This document shows positions 43,356 to 53,570 of a stretch of DNA of 64,000 nucleotides, in pieces. The notes below the pieces were generated by a model. It worked only from the letters and a program-made list of their open reading frames with translations. It did no database searches and was not told where the DNA came from. The stretch is from contig CBDVDR010000010.1 of the NCBI GenBank assembly GCA_965372795.1, forward strand, positions 46,992-110,991, read 5' to 3'. A program made the translations under genes and the position numbers. Position 1 is the first letter of the stretch, and each line of letters begins with the position of its first letter. Source of the stretch: an uncultured bacterium. Its GTDB lineage: Bacteria > Zixibacteria > MSB-5A5 > GN15 > FEB-12.

Positions 43356-43736
43356 ATGACCAAAGCTGACCAAAACTCAAATGTTGCCGTACTCGGTGCT
43401 TCGCCCAAAGAAGAAAGATATTCGTTCAAAGCAGTTAAAATGCTCAAAGAGCACAACCATAACCCAATCCCGGTTCACCCGGTCGGACATACGGTTGACG
43501 GAACCCCCGGACTTAGGAATCTGGGCGAAATCGACAAAGAGATTGATACCCTGACCATGTATGTCAGCGCCAAAATCTCAAACGGTTCATTTGATGAAAT
43601 TATAAAACTGAAACCTCGACGGGTAATTTTTAACCCCGGCTCTGAAAACCCTGAGTTGGCTGAAAAACTAAAATCCGAGGGAATTGAAATTGTCGAAGCC
43701 TGTACTTTGGTAATGCTTCAAACCGGACAATATTAA
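43356..43736 (+). CDS. CoA-binding protein (YccU-like)
   Basis: VAVLGAS, FNPGSEN, ACTLVML. Confidence 0.9.
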   Translation: MTKADQNSNVAVLGASPKEERYSFKAVKMLKEHNHNPIPVHPVGHTVDGTPGLRNLGEIDKEIDTLTMYVSAKISNGSFDEIIKLKPRRVIFNPGSENPELAEKLKSEGIEIVEACTLVMLQTGQY

Positions 43737-43744
43737 CTGACATA

Positions 43745-44076
43745 GCAGGCGAAGCCTGTATATTCCTGACGAAGCACATAGAATCAGACAATTATATAAA
43801 GCAGGCGAAGCCTGTTAATTGCTGACGAAGCACATAGTTCAAGTAGGGTGGGATCCCTGTGATCCCGCCAAAAAGTAGCCAGTAGGGCAGAACCCCACCT
43901 TTGGCGGACTATTAGCCTTTAGTGGTTCTGCCAATGTGTCAGGAGCACAGGGCTCACTGACCTACTCAAGACTGACGAAACAGATAGAATCAGACAATTA
44001 TATAAGCAGGCGAAGCCTGTTAATTGCTGACGAAGCACATAGAATCAAACAATTATATAAAGCAGGCGAAGCCTGT
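43745..44076. repeat. Composite intergenic repeat: 56-bp units interrupted by three GTAG-REP-like palindromes
   Basis: GCAGGCGAAGCCTGT at 43745, 43801, 44006 and 44062; REPs at 43843-43869 (+), 43882-43932 (+) and 43938-43965 (-). Confidence 0.85.
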
Positions 44077-44110
44077 GGAGAAACTTTAAATATGGTCGAT
44101 ATTAGATATT

Positions 44111-44953
44111 ATGGCTAAAAAAAATAAACAAAAAGTAGCATTCCAGGGTGAACGCGGAGCCTTCTCAGAAGTTGCCGCCCGAGACCTTCTGGGTAAATCA
44201 ACCGTACCGATTCCCTGTCAATCATTTGAGGAACTCTTTGACCGCGTCGAATCCCGCAAAGCAGATTTCGGCGTGATCCCGATTGAAAATTCACTGGTCG
44301 GATCAATCCATAAAAATTATGATCTTCTTCTTGAACGCAATCTCCAAGTTATTGGTGAAACCCAGCTTCGAATTGTCCATTGTCTGATTGCCCCGAAAAA
44401 AGTCGGCTTCTCTAAAATCAGTAAAGTCTATTCTCATCCGGTTGCTCTTGACCAGTGCCGTAATTTTTTCAATAAACATACCAAAATTGCCCCTATCTCA
44501 TATTACGATACTGCCGGATCGGTGAAGATGCTTTCTGAATCAGGTCTGAAAAATTCTGCCGCGGTGGCGGCTCCGTATGCGGCTGATATTTACAAGATGA
44601 ATATTTTAAAAAAATCGATTGAAGATGAAAAAACAAACTTCACCCGATTTTTATTGCTCGCCAAAAAACCGGTAACTTTTAAAGGCAAAGCCAAAACTTC
44701 GATAGTTTTCTCGATGAAAAACCAGCCGGGAATTTTATTTAAAGTTCTTTCGGTTTTTGCTCTTAGAGATATCAACTTGACAAAAATCGAATCGCGTCCG
44801 GTTCGCAAAAAAGTCTGGCAATATCATTTCTATATTGATTTTGAAGGTTCGATTCAGGAATCCCGCGTTAAATTCGCGCTTGACCATTTAGGTGAAATAA
44901 CTCATTTCATCAAGATACTCGGAACGTATCCCAAAACAGTAAACGGGGTTTAA
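44111..44953 (+). CDS. pheA: Prephenate dehydratase (PDT-ACT)
   Basis: AFQGERGAFS, PIENS, NFTRF, LTKIESRP. Confidence 0.95.
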   Translation: MAKKNKQKVAFQGERGAFSEVAARDLLGKSTVPIPCQSFEELFDRVESRKADFGVIPIENSLVGSIHKNYDLLLERNLQVIGETQLRIVHCLIAPKKVGFSKISKVYSHPVALDQCRNFFNKHTKIAPISYYDTAGSVKMLSESGLKNSAAVAAPYAADIYKMNILKKSIEDEKTNFTRFLLLAKKPVTFKGKAKTSIVFSMKNQPGILFKVLSVFALRDINLTKIESRPVRKKVWQYHFYIDFEGSIQESRVKFALDHLGEITHFIKILGTYPKTVNGV

Positions 44954-44960
44954 AAATAAC

Positions 44961-45662
44961 TTAAGCAATATGAGCCAGTTTCATAAATTTGGCTTCAACC
45001 GCTTTTTGTACTGTTCCCAGTAAATCCTCAATATCCATATAAGCCGAATTGACCACCATGTCATAATGGTGCGGTTCATCAATATCCTCAGAAAATAGTT
45101 TCCGGACCAATTCCGAACGATGTTTGTCAGATTCTTGCATTTCTCTTTCTGCCTGTTTTGGAGAAAGGTTACAATATTTCATTAAATTTGTTAATCGAAT
45201 TTCAGGGGGTGCCACAAACCGGATATGGAATCCCTGCCTTGGACCTAAAATAAAATTACCACCCCGCCCTAATAAAATAACCCCGCCAAGTTTCGACATT
45301 GAAAGCACAACCTTAAAAAGATGTTTGAAATAATCCTGATGATCAACCGAACGACCGCCAAACAAAGATTCAACCATCAGTTCAATATCGTTTCGGAATG
45401 TCTGGTCCAGGGACGCCACGATTCTTTTTCGATACCCCGATGATTTACAGATTGAATCTATTATTTCTTTATGAAGTTTTTGATAGCCGAGTTCCTCCGA
45501 TAAACGGGTTGCAAAATATGAACCACGACTGCCTCGCTGACGGCTGACCGTTATAATCGGCGGAATAACAGAAATTGTTTTTGGTTCTTCTTCGAGTTGC
45601 TTTTTACGCTGGATTTCCCATTGAAGAAGTTGGCGATTTATTAATGCCTCAATAGATGACAT
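44961..45662 (-). CDS. Cytidylate kinase-like family protein
   Basis: ITVSRQRGSRG, VILLGRGG, D..R...YDMVVNS; likely start ATG 45662 (AGGAGG RBS). Confidence 0.85.
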   Translation of the reverse strand: MSSIEALINRQLLQWEIQRKKQLEEEPKTISVIPPIITVSRQRGSRGSYFATRLSEELGYQKLHKEIIDSICKSSGYRKRIVASLDQTFRNDIELMVESLFGGRSVDHQDYFKHLFKVVLSMSKLGGVILLGRGGNFILGPRQGFHIRFVAPPEIRLTNLMKYCNLSPKQAEREMQESDKHRSELVRKLFSEDIDEPHHYDMVVNSAYMDIEDLLGTVQKAVEAKFMKLAHIA

Positions 45663-45737
45663 AACTGACCACCTCCTTATATATATTATACGAACCAATC
45701 TATTATTTGGTTAATTATCTTTTGATGGAACTGAATG

Positions 45738-45980
45738 GGGCAGACGAGGACGTCTGCCGCCCACACACAATAATCTTTTTTAGAAGAAGGAGTAGGTCGA
45801 AACCCCTGTGGTTTCGACATTTTTTTTGAATCCAAGGATATACTACAAATCAAACCACGAAGTGGATGTCTAACCCACGAAGTTTGTAGGGATCAGGCAT
45901 GCCTGATCCAATAAAAGAATAAAAAATAATTACACAAAGAAAATAAACACACTTAGTGTGTCAAACCCACGAAGTGGGTT
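45738..45980. repeat. Cluster of REP-like palindromes
   Basis: GTGGGCGGCAGACG..CGTCTGCC (-), GTAGGTCGAAACC..GGTTTCGAC (45792), GTAGGGATCAGGC..GCCTGATCC (45886), and CCACGAAGTGG hairpins. Confidence 0.75.
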
Positions 45981-47172
45981 AACCTAAGGCTGACTTTATT
46001 TTATCGGCATAAAGAGATGCAAGTTCGGATGAGGAATACTTTTTATTAGCGATCAAATAGCCATTCTCAGCAATATTATTTCTTTTTTCATCATCGGTTA
46101 ATAAACTAATAATCGACTCGGCCAAATTCTGGCTGTCATCTATTTTTACTAACAAGCCTGTTTCATTATGTTTGATAATATCTTTGATTCCCCCCGAATC
46201 AGTTCCAATAACCGCCGTACCGCACATCATCGCCTCTGATAAAGTCAACCCGAATCCCTCAAGATACGAATTCAAGACCACAATTGTTGATCGGTTATAA
46301 ATCGAACGTAATTCGGATTGATCAACTGCCGGAAAAATAGTTACCTTTTCCTGCAAACCAAATTTATGAATCAAACTTTCAATCTCCGGTTGTAAATCAC
46401 CTTCGCCATATATATGAAGTTTCGCATCCGGTAATTTTTCATTCACCAGCGCAAAAGCCTTGATAAGATAATCGACCCGTTTCTGTTCGGTAAAACGGGT
46501 GACCGAGGTTACCAGATTTTTATCTTTAGAAATTAAATCATCTTTGTAAAAAATTGTTTCATCATGCGGCAGCGGGAGCACTTTTAGAATATCTTTAAGA
46601 GTTGGATCTAAACTCAAAATTTCATCTTTTAAATAATTTGAGACCATCGTCCAGGAATACAATGAATGACAGAAAGATTTCAAATACCTATAGGCGGCAT
46701 TAAAATATTTATGGATCAACCGGATATCGGTTCCATGCGAAGACAAAATCATCGGCAGTCCGGTTTTTTTCTTAATTGTTTTCATAATCAACCCGGCCGG
46801 AACCAGCCAGTGCCCGCTGACAATATCAATAGACTCTTTATCGATTACTTCAAAAGCAGCTTGTCGGAATTTATCAAGAAAATTTTTGAATTGAAAAATT
46901 CCTGAGACCGATCCCAGCACCAGTTTGTGCATCTGTCCCCGATAAGCGATGTTTTCATTTTCATCTGTATCAGCATAGCGAAACCGATATATTTTGACCC
47001 CGTCCCATTCTTCATATTCTTTTACCCCGGGATCATGAGGTGCCAATATTACCGGCTGGATATTAAAATCGACCAGTTTCCGGCAAAGCAGATGGATAAA
47101 AACACCGGCAAAATCTCCTTTAAATCGGGGGTAATTGTGGGTCAGAACCAGCAGGTTTATTTTTTCAACCAT
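45979..47172 (-). CDS. Glycosyltransferase family 4
   Basis: HWLVPAG, HGTD, EGFGLTLSEAM..G. Confidence 0.92.
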   Translation of the reverse strand: MVEKINLLVLTHNYPRFKGDFAGVFIHLLCRKLVDFNIQPVILAPHDPGVKEYEEWDGVKIYRFRYADTDENENIAYRGQMHKLVLGSVSGIFQFKNFLDKFRQAAFEVIDKESIDIVSGHWLVPAGLIMKTIKKKTGLPMILSSHGTDIRLIHKYFNAAYRYLKSFCHSLYSWTMVSNYLKDEILSLDPTLKDILKVLPLPHDETIFYKDDLISKDKNLVTSVTRFTEQKRVDYLIKAFALVNEKLPDAKLHIYGEGDLQPEIESLIHKFGLQEKVTIFPAVDQSELRSIYNRSTIVVLNSYLEGFGLTLSEAMMCGTAVIGTDSGGIKDIIKHNETGLLVKIDDSQNLAESIISLLTDDEKRNNIAENGYLIANKKYSSSELASLYADKIKSALG

Positions 47173-47252
47173 ATCATTATCTTAAAATAAATTATTTCTT
47201 TGTAAAATAGATTCTTTTCATATTCTTATAGTATTATATTCAAATTAAGATT

Positions 47253-48191
47253 ATGAGCATACAAAAAAACATAAAACTAGATTTTACCGCTGAAATCGAC
47301 TTTAGTAAGATTCTTACCAACCCTATTCTGGATATTGCCGCCCGGGTTTGGGAGGATGATCAATATCAGGCTTTTAAATCCTGCTATCGGTCGATGCGAA
47401 TTATCGATGATTTAATTGATGAGAGAAAATCAACCGGCAAAAAATTTTCCTTCCTTGAAAAAGGAAAATATAAAAAAGAGATCAATAACTGGATTGCTAA
47501 TTTAACCGCAAAAACTCCGGTTGATGATTTCCAAAAAGAACTGCTTGAGATTATCGAACAATTCAAAATCCCATTCACGCCCTGGATTCGTCTTTCTCAA
47601 GCTATGATTTATGATATTTACAATAACGGTTACTCCTCGTTTATTTCTTTTTTACGCTACACCGAAGGGGCCGCCATTGCTCCGGCATCAATTTTTATGC
47701 ACTTGTGCGGTGTCAAAAAAGAGATAACTTCGTTTTCTGCTCCGCCTTATGATATTCGACAAGCTGCCCGACCTCTGGCAATATTTTCATATCTGGTTCA
47801 TATTATCCGTGATTTTCAAAAAGACCGCCTCGCCGGGTTGAATTATTTCCCTGATGAATTTCTCCGCGAATTTCAATTAGATGACCAGACCCTTTTTAAG
47901 ACAGCCAATGAAAACGAAATCCCGGATAATTTCAGAAAATTAGTAACTCGTTATAAAACAATTGCCAATCGTTATAAACAGATTGCAAGACAGCAAATAG
48001 ATTCTTTATCTCCTTGCCTTGAACCAAGATACCAGCTTAGCCTGGAACTGATCTATAATTTATATCTTCAGATTTATGAGAAAATCGATCCCGAAAACGG
48101 TTTATTTACAACCGAAGAATTAAATCCAACCAAAACTGAAGTGCAAAACAGGATAGAATTTACCGTAAGTTCTTTTCAGAGAAAAATTTAA
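47253..48191 (+). CDS. Squalene/phytoene synthase family protein
   Basis: MRIIDDLID and IIRDFQKD..G..YFP Asp-rich motifs. Confidence 0.85.
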   Translation: MSIQKNIKLDFTAEIDFSKILTNPILDIAARVWEDDQYQAFKSCYRSMRIIDDLIDERKSTGKKFSFLEKGKYKKEINNWIANLTAKTPVDDFQKELLEIIEQFKIPFTPWIRLSQAMIYDIYNNGYSSFISFLRYTEGAAIAPASIFMHLCGVKKEITSFSAPPYDIRQAARPLAIFSYLVHIIRDFQKDRLAGLNYFPDEFLREFQLDDQTLFKTANENEIPDNFRKLVTRYKTIANRYKQIARQQIDSLSPCLEPRYQLSLELIYNLYLQIYEKIDPENGLFTTEELNPTKTEVQNRIEFTVSSFQRKI

Positions 48192-48294
48192 AACTTTTCT
48201 GGAAGAATATTTCCCCTAATTTGTAAATCAAATGAAATAATTTTTCAGACGGATAGTTTTCTTCGTCTAATTGTATAAACAAATGAGGTTTGAT

Positions 48295-49644
48295 ATGATA
48301 AAAAGTTTTTCCACTCTAATTACATTACTTCTTTTGGGATCAGTTTTATTCGCCAATGAAATTTCCGTTACGGTTTATAACAGCAATCTTGGCGTTGTGT
48401 CCGAATCAAGATCGCTGTCATTTGATAAAGGAACCGGTCGGCTTGCTTTTACCGATGTACCTTCAATGATTGATCCCAACTCGGTTAGATTCGAACTCAA
48501 AGAATCATCCGGCAAGGTTACTATCCTCGAACAAAACTATGCTTACGATCTGGTTAGCCCGACTCAGATTTATTCAAAATATATTGATCATGAAATTGAA
48601 CTTTACGATCAGGATGGAAAACTATATACCGGAATTCTTTTAGCCTTTAGTAAAGGTGAAGTTACGCTCAAAGAAAAATCCGGTAAAATTAAAATTATCC
48701 TGCTCTCAAATATCAGCGAAGTAAGTTTCCCTTCTTTACCTGAAGGATTAATTACCAAGCCGACTTTGTTCTGGCTCTATAATTCTGATATCTCAGGCAA
48801 TAAAAACTGTCAGGTCAGCTACCAGACCGGCGGTCTTTCGTGGAATGCTGAATATGTGGGAGTCTTAAATGCCGACGAGAATTTTCTTAATCTATCGGGC
48901 TGGGCATCAATTAATAATTCATCGGGTAAAATGTATCACAACGCTTCCTTAAAACTTGTTGCCGGCGATATCAATCGGGCAACAAAAGCAAGAGGAAGAG
49001 GTGAAGCAATTATGTATGCAGCCGGACCGGCTAAAAATGCCGGCTTTGCTGAAAAAGAGTTTTTTGAATATCATCTTTATACTTTGCCAAGAAAAGCCAC
49101 AATCGCCAATAAAGAAATCAAACAGATTTCACTATTTGAACCGGCTGATTCAGAAGTTGAGAAAGTGTTCATTTACAAACCTGATCGGAACCCAAAAAAA
49201 GTCGAAGTTAATATAAAATTCAAAAATTCTCAAACCACCGGTTTAGGGATGCCTCTCCCCAAAGGTCGAGCCAGAATTTTTAAAGCTGATGACGATGGCT
49301 CGCTGATTCTTTTAGGAGAAGACTATATCGACCATACTCCAAAAGATGAAGAACTCAATATTATGGTCGGTTATGCCTTTGATATTTCAGCTGAAGAACG
49401 CCTGATCAATCAAACCAGAGTTTCAAAACAGATTGATGAACGGGAATATGAAATCGAAATTCGGAATCACAAAAATGAAGATATTGTGGTTGAAATTGAG
49501 AAAAAACTGTATGGATTCTGGGAGATTACTGAATCAACAGTTGAATTCACCAGGAAGGATGCCTCTACGGTTATTTTCTCACTTCCGGTTAATAAAGACA
49601 GTAATAGGCTTGTTACTTTTAGGGTTAGATTTAGTAATAGATAA
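48295..49644 (+). CDS. DUF4139 domain secreted protein
   Basis: SVTVYN..LGVV, EQNY.YDL, YQTGGLSWNAEY, EYHLY, GMPLPKG, GED.IDHTP; start position uncertain. Confidence 0.85.
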   Translation: MIKSFSTLITLLLLGSVLFANEISVTVYNSNLGVVSESRSLSFDKGTGRLAFTDVPSMIDPNSVRFELKESSGKVTILEQNYAYDLVSPTQIYSKYIDHEIELYDQDGKLYTGILLAFSKGEVTLKEKSGKIKIILLSNISEVSFPSLPEGLITKPTLFWLYNSDISGNKNCQVSYQTGGLSWNAEYVGVLNADENFLNLSGWASINNSSGKMYHNASLKLVAGDINRATKARGRGEAIMYAAGPAKNAGFAEKEFFEYHLYTLPRKATIANKEIKQISLFEPADSEVEKVFIYKPDRNPKKVEVNIKFKNSQTTGLGMPLPKGRARIFKADDDGSLILLGEDYIDHTPKDEELNIMVGYAFDISAEERLINQTRVSKQIDEREYEIEIRNHKNEDIVVEIEKKLYGFWEITESTVEFTRKDASTVIFSLPVNKDSNRLVTFRVRFSNR

Positions 49645-49722
49645 GGTAATCATTGTTGACAAGTTAATCTCATGGATGTAAATTCCACCGACTTGAAAAA
49701 TGAAATGGGATAAGGAGATATT

Positions 49723-51099
49723 ATGAAGTTTATTCTGAAAGTTACATTATTATGTATATTGGCACTAGCTATTGCCGGGAGTTCTTTTGCCGCCAAGAAA
49801 AAAAGAAAACTTCCCGAAAGTGCCTATATTAAAGCCGCCAAAATCGAAATTCTTTCGGGTAAATTAAAAAGATATAAAACCGCCACCTCCCTTTTGGATT
49901 CTTTATTCTTAAATTACGGTCCTCACGCCGAAGGTTTGAATCTGATGGCAAGTATTTATGTTGATTATACCGATAAAACGGCGGGACCGGTAAATAAAAT
50001 GCCTTATGTAAAGTCAATGGTTGCGTATTTTGATTCATTACAGCAATGCTGCGACAATCCAGATATTAAGAAAAAATACAGAAAAGACTGTGACAAGTTT
50101 ACTGAGAAAGCAGACTCAACAAGTGTTAAATACTGGCGCGAATTTTACAACGCCGGCATTGAGCAACTTACCTATCTGCAGGAACTTTCAAAAGAACTTG
50201 AAACTGCTACTGATTCAGCTACTATTGCCTACACAACCACAAGCTTTGAAACCAATATTGATTCCTGTATCGCTAATATGGAACTCGCTTTGACAATCGA
50301 CCCGGGTTCAAATGAACCTTATATCGCCATTGGCAACGCCTATGAATACAAAAAGGATTTCCGTGAAGCCGTTAAATGGCTGGCAAAGGGACTGGATAAA
50401 GTTAGTAATAAATCAGATTTACTGTTAGCTATTGCCTACGACTATATTAGAATTGACGAATATTGTGAAGCAATCCCTTATTTCAAAGAATATACTGAAT
50501 TAGCTCCTGAAGATATGGGAACTCTGTTCAACCTGTCAATCTGTTACACTAATTGTGAAAAAATAGATGAAGCCTTTGAAGTTTATCAGCGGATTTTGGT
50601 TAATGATCCTGAAAACTTAAATGTTATATCAAGTGTCGGAAACTATTTCAACCAAAAAGCAAGGGCTGCTACTAATGCTGCCGCTGCTTCTCGCGAAGCC
50701 GGCGACACAGCTCAAGCATCGGTTTATATGAAAGATTGGGAACATTCGTTTGATTCCTCACTTGTATATTTTAAAAGACTTTTCGATCTCTCACCTGAAG
50801 ATCCGTATGCAGCCGAGCAATATGCGGTTGTAAATGCTATTCGCGGTAAATATGAAGATGCCGCGGTCGGATTCTCCCGATTAACTACTCTGGAACCGGA
50901 TAAGTCAGAAAACTGGACATATCTTGGAGATTGTTACCTGAATTTGAAAGAATTCAAAAAAGCTACCACTGCTTATGAAAAGGTTGTTGAGCTTGAACCG
51001 GACAATAAAGAGACCTGGGAACGGCTTGTCGATCTTTATGCAGAAATAGGTGAAACTAAGAAAAAAGCTGCTGCCGAAAAGAAATTAAATAGTTTATAA
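49723..51099 (+). CDS. Secreted TPR protein
   Basis: Signal peptide and multiple TPR motifs. Confidence 0.85.
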   Translation: MKFILKVTLLCILALAIAGSSFAAKKKRKLPESAYIKAAKIEILSGKLKRYKTATSLLDSLFLNYGPHAEGLNLMASIYVDYTDKTAGPVNKMPYVKSMVAYFDSLQQCCDNPDIKKKYRKDCDKFTEKADSTSVKYWREFYNAGIEQLTYLQELSKELETATDSATIAYTTTSFETNIDSCIANMELALTIDPGSNEPYIAIGNAYEYKKDFREAVKWLAKGLDKVSNKSDLLLAIAYDYIRIDEYCEAIPYFKEYTELAPEDMGTLFNLSICYTNCEKIDEAFEVYQRILVNDPENLNVISSVGNYFNQKARAATNAAAASREAGDTAQASVYMKDWEHSFDSSLVYFKRLFDLSPEDPYAAEQYAVVNAIRGKYEDAAVGFSRLTTLEPDKSENWTYLGDCYLNLKEFKKATTAYEKVVELEPDNKETWERLVDLYAEIGETKKKAAAEKKLNSL

Positions 51100-51121
51100 A
51101 CTTTTCAAAATTAGATTAAAT

Positions 51122-51154
51122 AAACGGTAGGTTAATTGCCTGCCGTTTTTTTTT
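51122..51154 (+). terminator. Intrinsic terminator
   Basis: aaacggtagg-ttaattg-cctgccgtttttttt. Confidence 0.7.
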
Positions 51155-51170
51155 ATCATATATTCATTAT

Positions 51171-53564
51171 ATGGATAAACTTTATCGTTATGCGACAATT
51201 GCTGTTTCCGGTCCCTTACGGAAAACATTTGCTTACCAAATCCCTGATTCTATCCCTCAGTTATCCCCCGGTCAAAGAGTTGTCGTGCCTTTTGGGCGTA
51301 TTAAAAAAGTTGGTTTTTTTCTAAAATACATCAACAAACCAACCGGGTTTGTTACTAAACCAATAGTATCTGAACTCGATAAAAGCACTTTATTCCCTCA
51401 AGATCTTTTCGAGTTATGTTTGTGGATGGCTGATTATTATTTTGCTAATCCTGCTGATTGTCTGATGTCTGCTTTACCACCGAAGATAAAAACGAAAAAA
51501 GTAATCGACTATTTTTGGGGTAAAGATATAAATTCGCTCTCAATACCTGATTTTCTAAAGAATTATTATAACTCCGGTAAAAAAATCTCCCAGAACCATC
51601 TCTCAGAAATTAAAAGAAAACCGGGACAGCTTTTCAAGTTAATTGATAAACTAATTATTGAAGAAAAATTGAATGTTGATCCCGACCAAAAGAAAATTAA
51701 ACTTTTGGGGTATATCGCCGCGCCTCAAACAGAATGGGATGACTTCTTTTCAAGCCGAAAATATTTTCACTCAATCTTTGAAACTATCAAAACCAGCAAA
51801 GAATTAAAAGAAGAAGACTGGACAGATTATATTATTTCAAAAGCGGTTGAAGAAAAAATTCTTATTCCTCAATATTCTGACCCGGATGCAAATGTGCTTG
51901 AGTTTATTAAACCGCGCGGAGATGTCGCCACTATTAAACTTAACGAACAACAGCAATCAATCGTAGACAAAGTTTTGCAATCAGAGAATAATAGCTTTAA
52001 ACCATATCTCCTCCATGGTGTCACCGGTTCCGGCAAAACTATCGTTTATTGTCATATTGCGCGGGAAATTATCAAAAGTGGTAAATCGGTTTTAGTGCTG
52101 ACTCCCGAGATTGCTTTAACGGGAACAACCCTGGCCTATTTACGGGGCTTCTTTGGTGACAAAGTCACCGTCATTCATTCATCAATGACCGACCGGGAAC
52201 GGATGGACAGTTGGGATGGTATTAGAAAAGGTGATTTTCAAATTGTGGTTGGTCCCAGATCAGCACTTTTTGCCCCTTTAAATGATATCGGATTAATAAT
52301 TGTCGATGAAGAACATGACGGTTCTTACAAACAAAATGATCCTTCGCCTCGTTTTCAGGGACGCGACAGTGCGATTATGCGAGCGAAGATTAAAAATATT
52401 CCAATTATCCTCGGGTCCGCCTCTCCATCCTTAGAAAGCTACTACAACGCTACCACCGGACGATATGAACTGTTAACTATCAATCACCGACCGGGCGGCG
52501 CAGTTCTTCCGGAAGTACATGTTGTCGATATGAAAACCGAACGGATCAAAGGTGATCTCTCTTTTCTTTCATTTCAGCTGAAAAAGAAAATCGAAACTGC
52601 TATTGAGAATAATACCCAGTCGATATTATATCTAAACCGAAGAGGTTACTCGCCTCATCTTTCCTGTAACGAATGCGGTCATATTCCTGCATGTCCCCAT
52701 TGTGAGATTAAACTTACCTTCCACAAAGTCGGAAAAAAACTAAGCTGTCATTACTGCGGCTACCTCGAGCGCAAATTTGATCTCTGCCCCGAATGCAACA
52801 GCGATGACGTTACCTATCGCGGAGTAGGCACTCAAAAGGTGGAAGAATTGCTTCCAGTTATTTTCAGCGATGCAAAAATTATGAGGCTTGATTCTGATAC
52901 AGCTTTTGGGCGAAAACAAGCGTATGATATTTTGGATAAATTCGCAAAACATCAAGGTAATTTACTCTTAGGAACTCAAATGGTGACTAAGGGATTGGAT
53001 CTGCCTGATGTTACGCTGGTGGGGGTATTATCGGCTGACTTGAGCCTTGATCTGCCAAGTTTCAGATCAACTGAAAAAGTTTTTGCAAAGTTATTACAAG
53101 TAGCCGGCAGGTGCGGTCGTTCCGAAAAAAAAGGTGAAGTTGTAATTCAAACATATAATCCCGAGAATCCGGTTATTGATGATGCCGCCCGTCAGGATTA
53201 TCATTCATTTTACGAAAGAGAAGTATATTCAAGGAAAAGTATAGATTACCCGCCCTTTTCACATATAATAAATTTTATATTTAAAGCAAAAGATGATAAT
53301 ATTCTTAAGAAAGTATCTTTTGAATTTAAAGAGATGCTTCAAAAGAAAATAAACGAATCATCAATATCAGCAAAAATTCTCGGACCGACCGATTGCCCTC
53401 TACATTTATTAAGAGGACAATTCCGACGCCATCTTTTTATCAAGACTAATCAGACGGTAAGATTTACCAGAATGCTAACCGAGTGGGAAAACAAATCAGC
53501 ACGATTTGAATTGCCATCCACAGTTAAAATTATTGTTGATGTTGACCCTGATGATATGATGTAG
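51171..53564 (+). CDS. priA: Primosomal protein N'
   Basis: GVTGSGKT, DEEHD, SASPSLES, LNRRGY, four CxxC, QVAGRCGR. Confidence 0.97.
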   Translation: MDKLYRYATIAVSGPLRKTFAYQIPDSIPQLSPGQRVVVPFGRIKKVGFFLKYINKPTGFVTKPIVSELDKSTLFPQDLFELCLWMADYYFANPADCLMSALPPKIKTKKVIDYFWGKDINSLSIPDFLKNYYNSGKKISQNHLSEIKRKPGQLFKLIDKLIIEEKLNVDPDQKKIKLLGYIAAPQTEWDDFFSSRKYFHSIFETIKTSKELKEEDWTDYIISKAVEEKILIPQYSDPDANVLEFIKPRGDVATIKLNEQQQSIVDKVLQSENNSFKPYLLHGVTGSGKTIVYCHIAREIIKSGKSVLVLTPEIALTGTTLAYLRGFFGDKVTVIHSSMTDRERMDSWDGIRKGDFQIVVGPRSALFAPLNDIGLIIVDEEHDGSYKQNDPSPRFQGRDSAIMRAKIKNIPIILGSASPSLESYYNATTGRYELLTINHRPGGAVLPEVHVVDMKTERIKGDLSFLSFQLKKKIETAIENNTQSILYLNRRGYSPHLSCNECGHIPACPHCEIKLTFHKVGKKLSCHYCGYLERKFDLCPECNSDDVTYRGVGTQKVEELLPVIFSDAKIMRLDSDTAFGRKQAYDILDKFAKHQGNLLLGTQMVTKGLDLPDVTLVGVLSADLSLDLPSFRSTEKVFAKLLQVAGRCGRSEKKGEVVIQTYNPENPVIDDAARQDYHSFYEREVYSRKSIDYPPFSHIINFIFKAKDDNILKKVSFEFKEMLQKKINESSISAKILGPTDCPLHLLRGQFRRHLFIKTNQTVRFTRMLTEWENKSARFELPSTVKIIVDVDPDDMM

Positions 53565-53570
53565 GGTTAA

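Noticed and set aside
43745..44076. 56-bp-period palindromic repeats as a mini-CRISPR
   Set aside because: The intervening sequences are near-identical rather than unique spacers, the hairpin is only ~15 bp, and there are no cas genes.
43936..44118. 60-aa ORF before pheA as a leader peptide
   Set aside because: It is made of repeat sequence, has no Phe codons, and has no attenuator structure.
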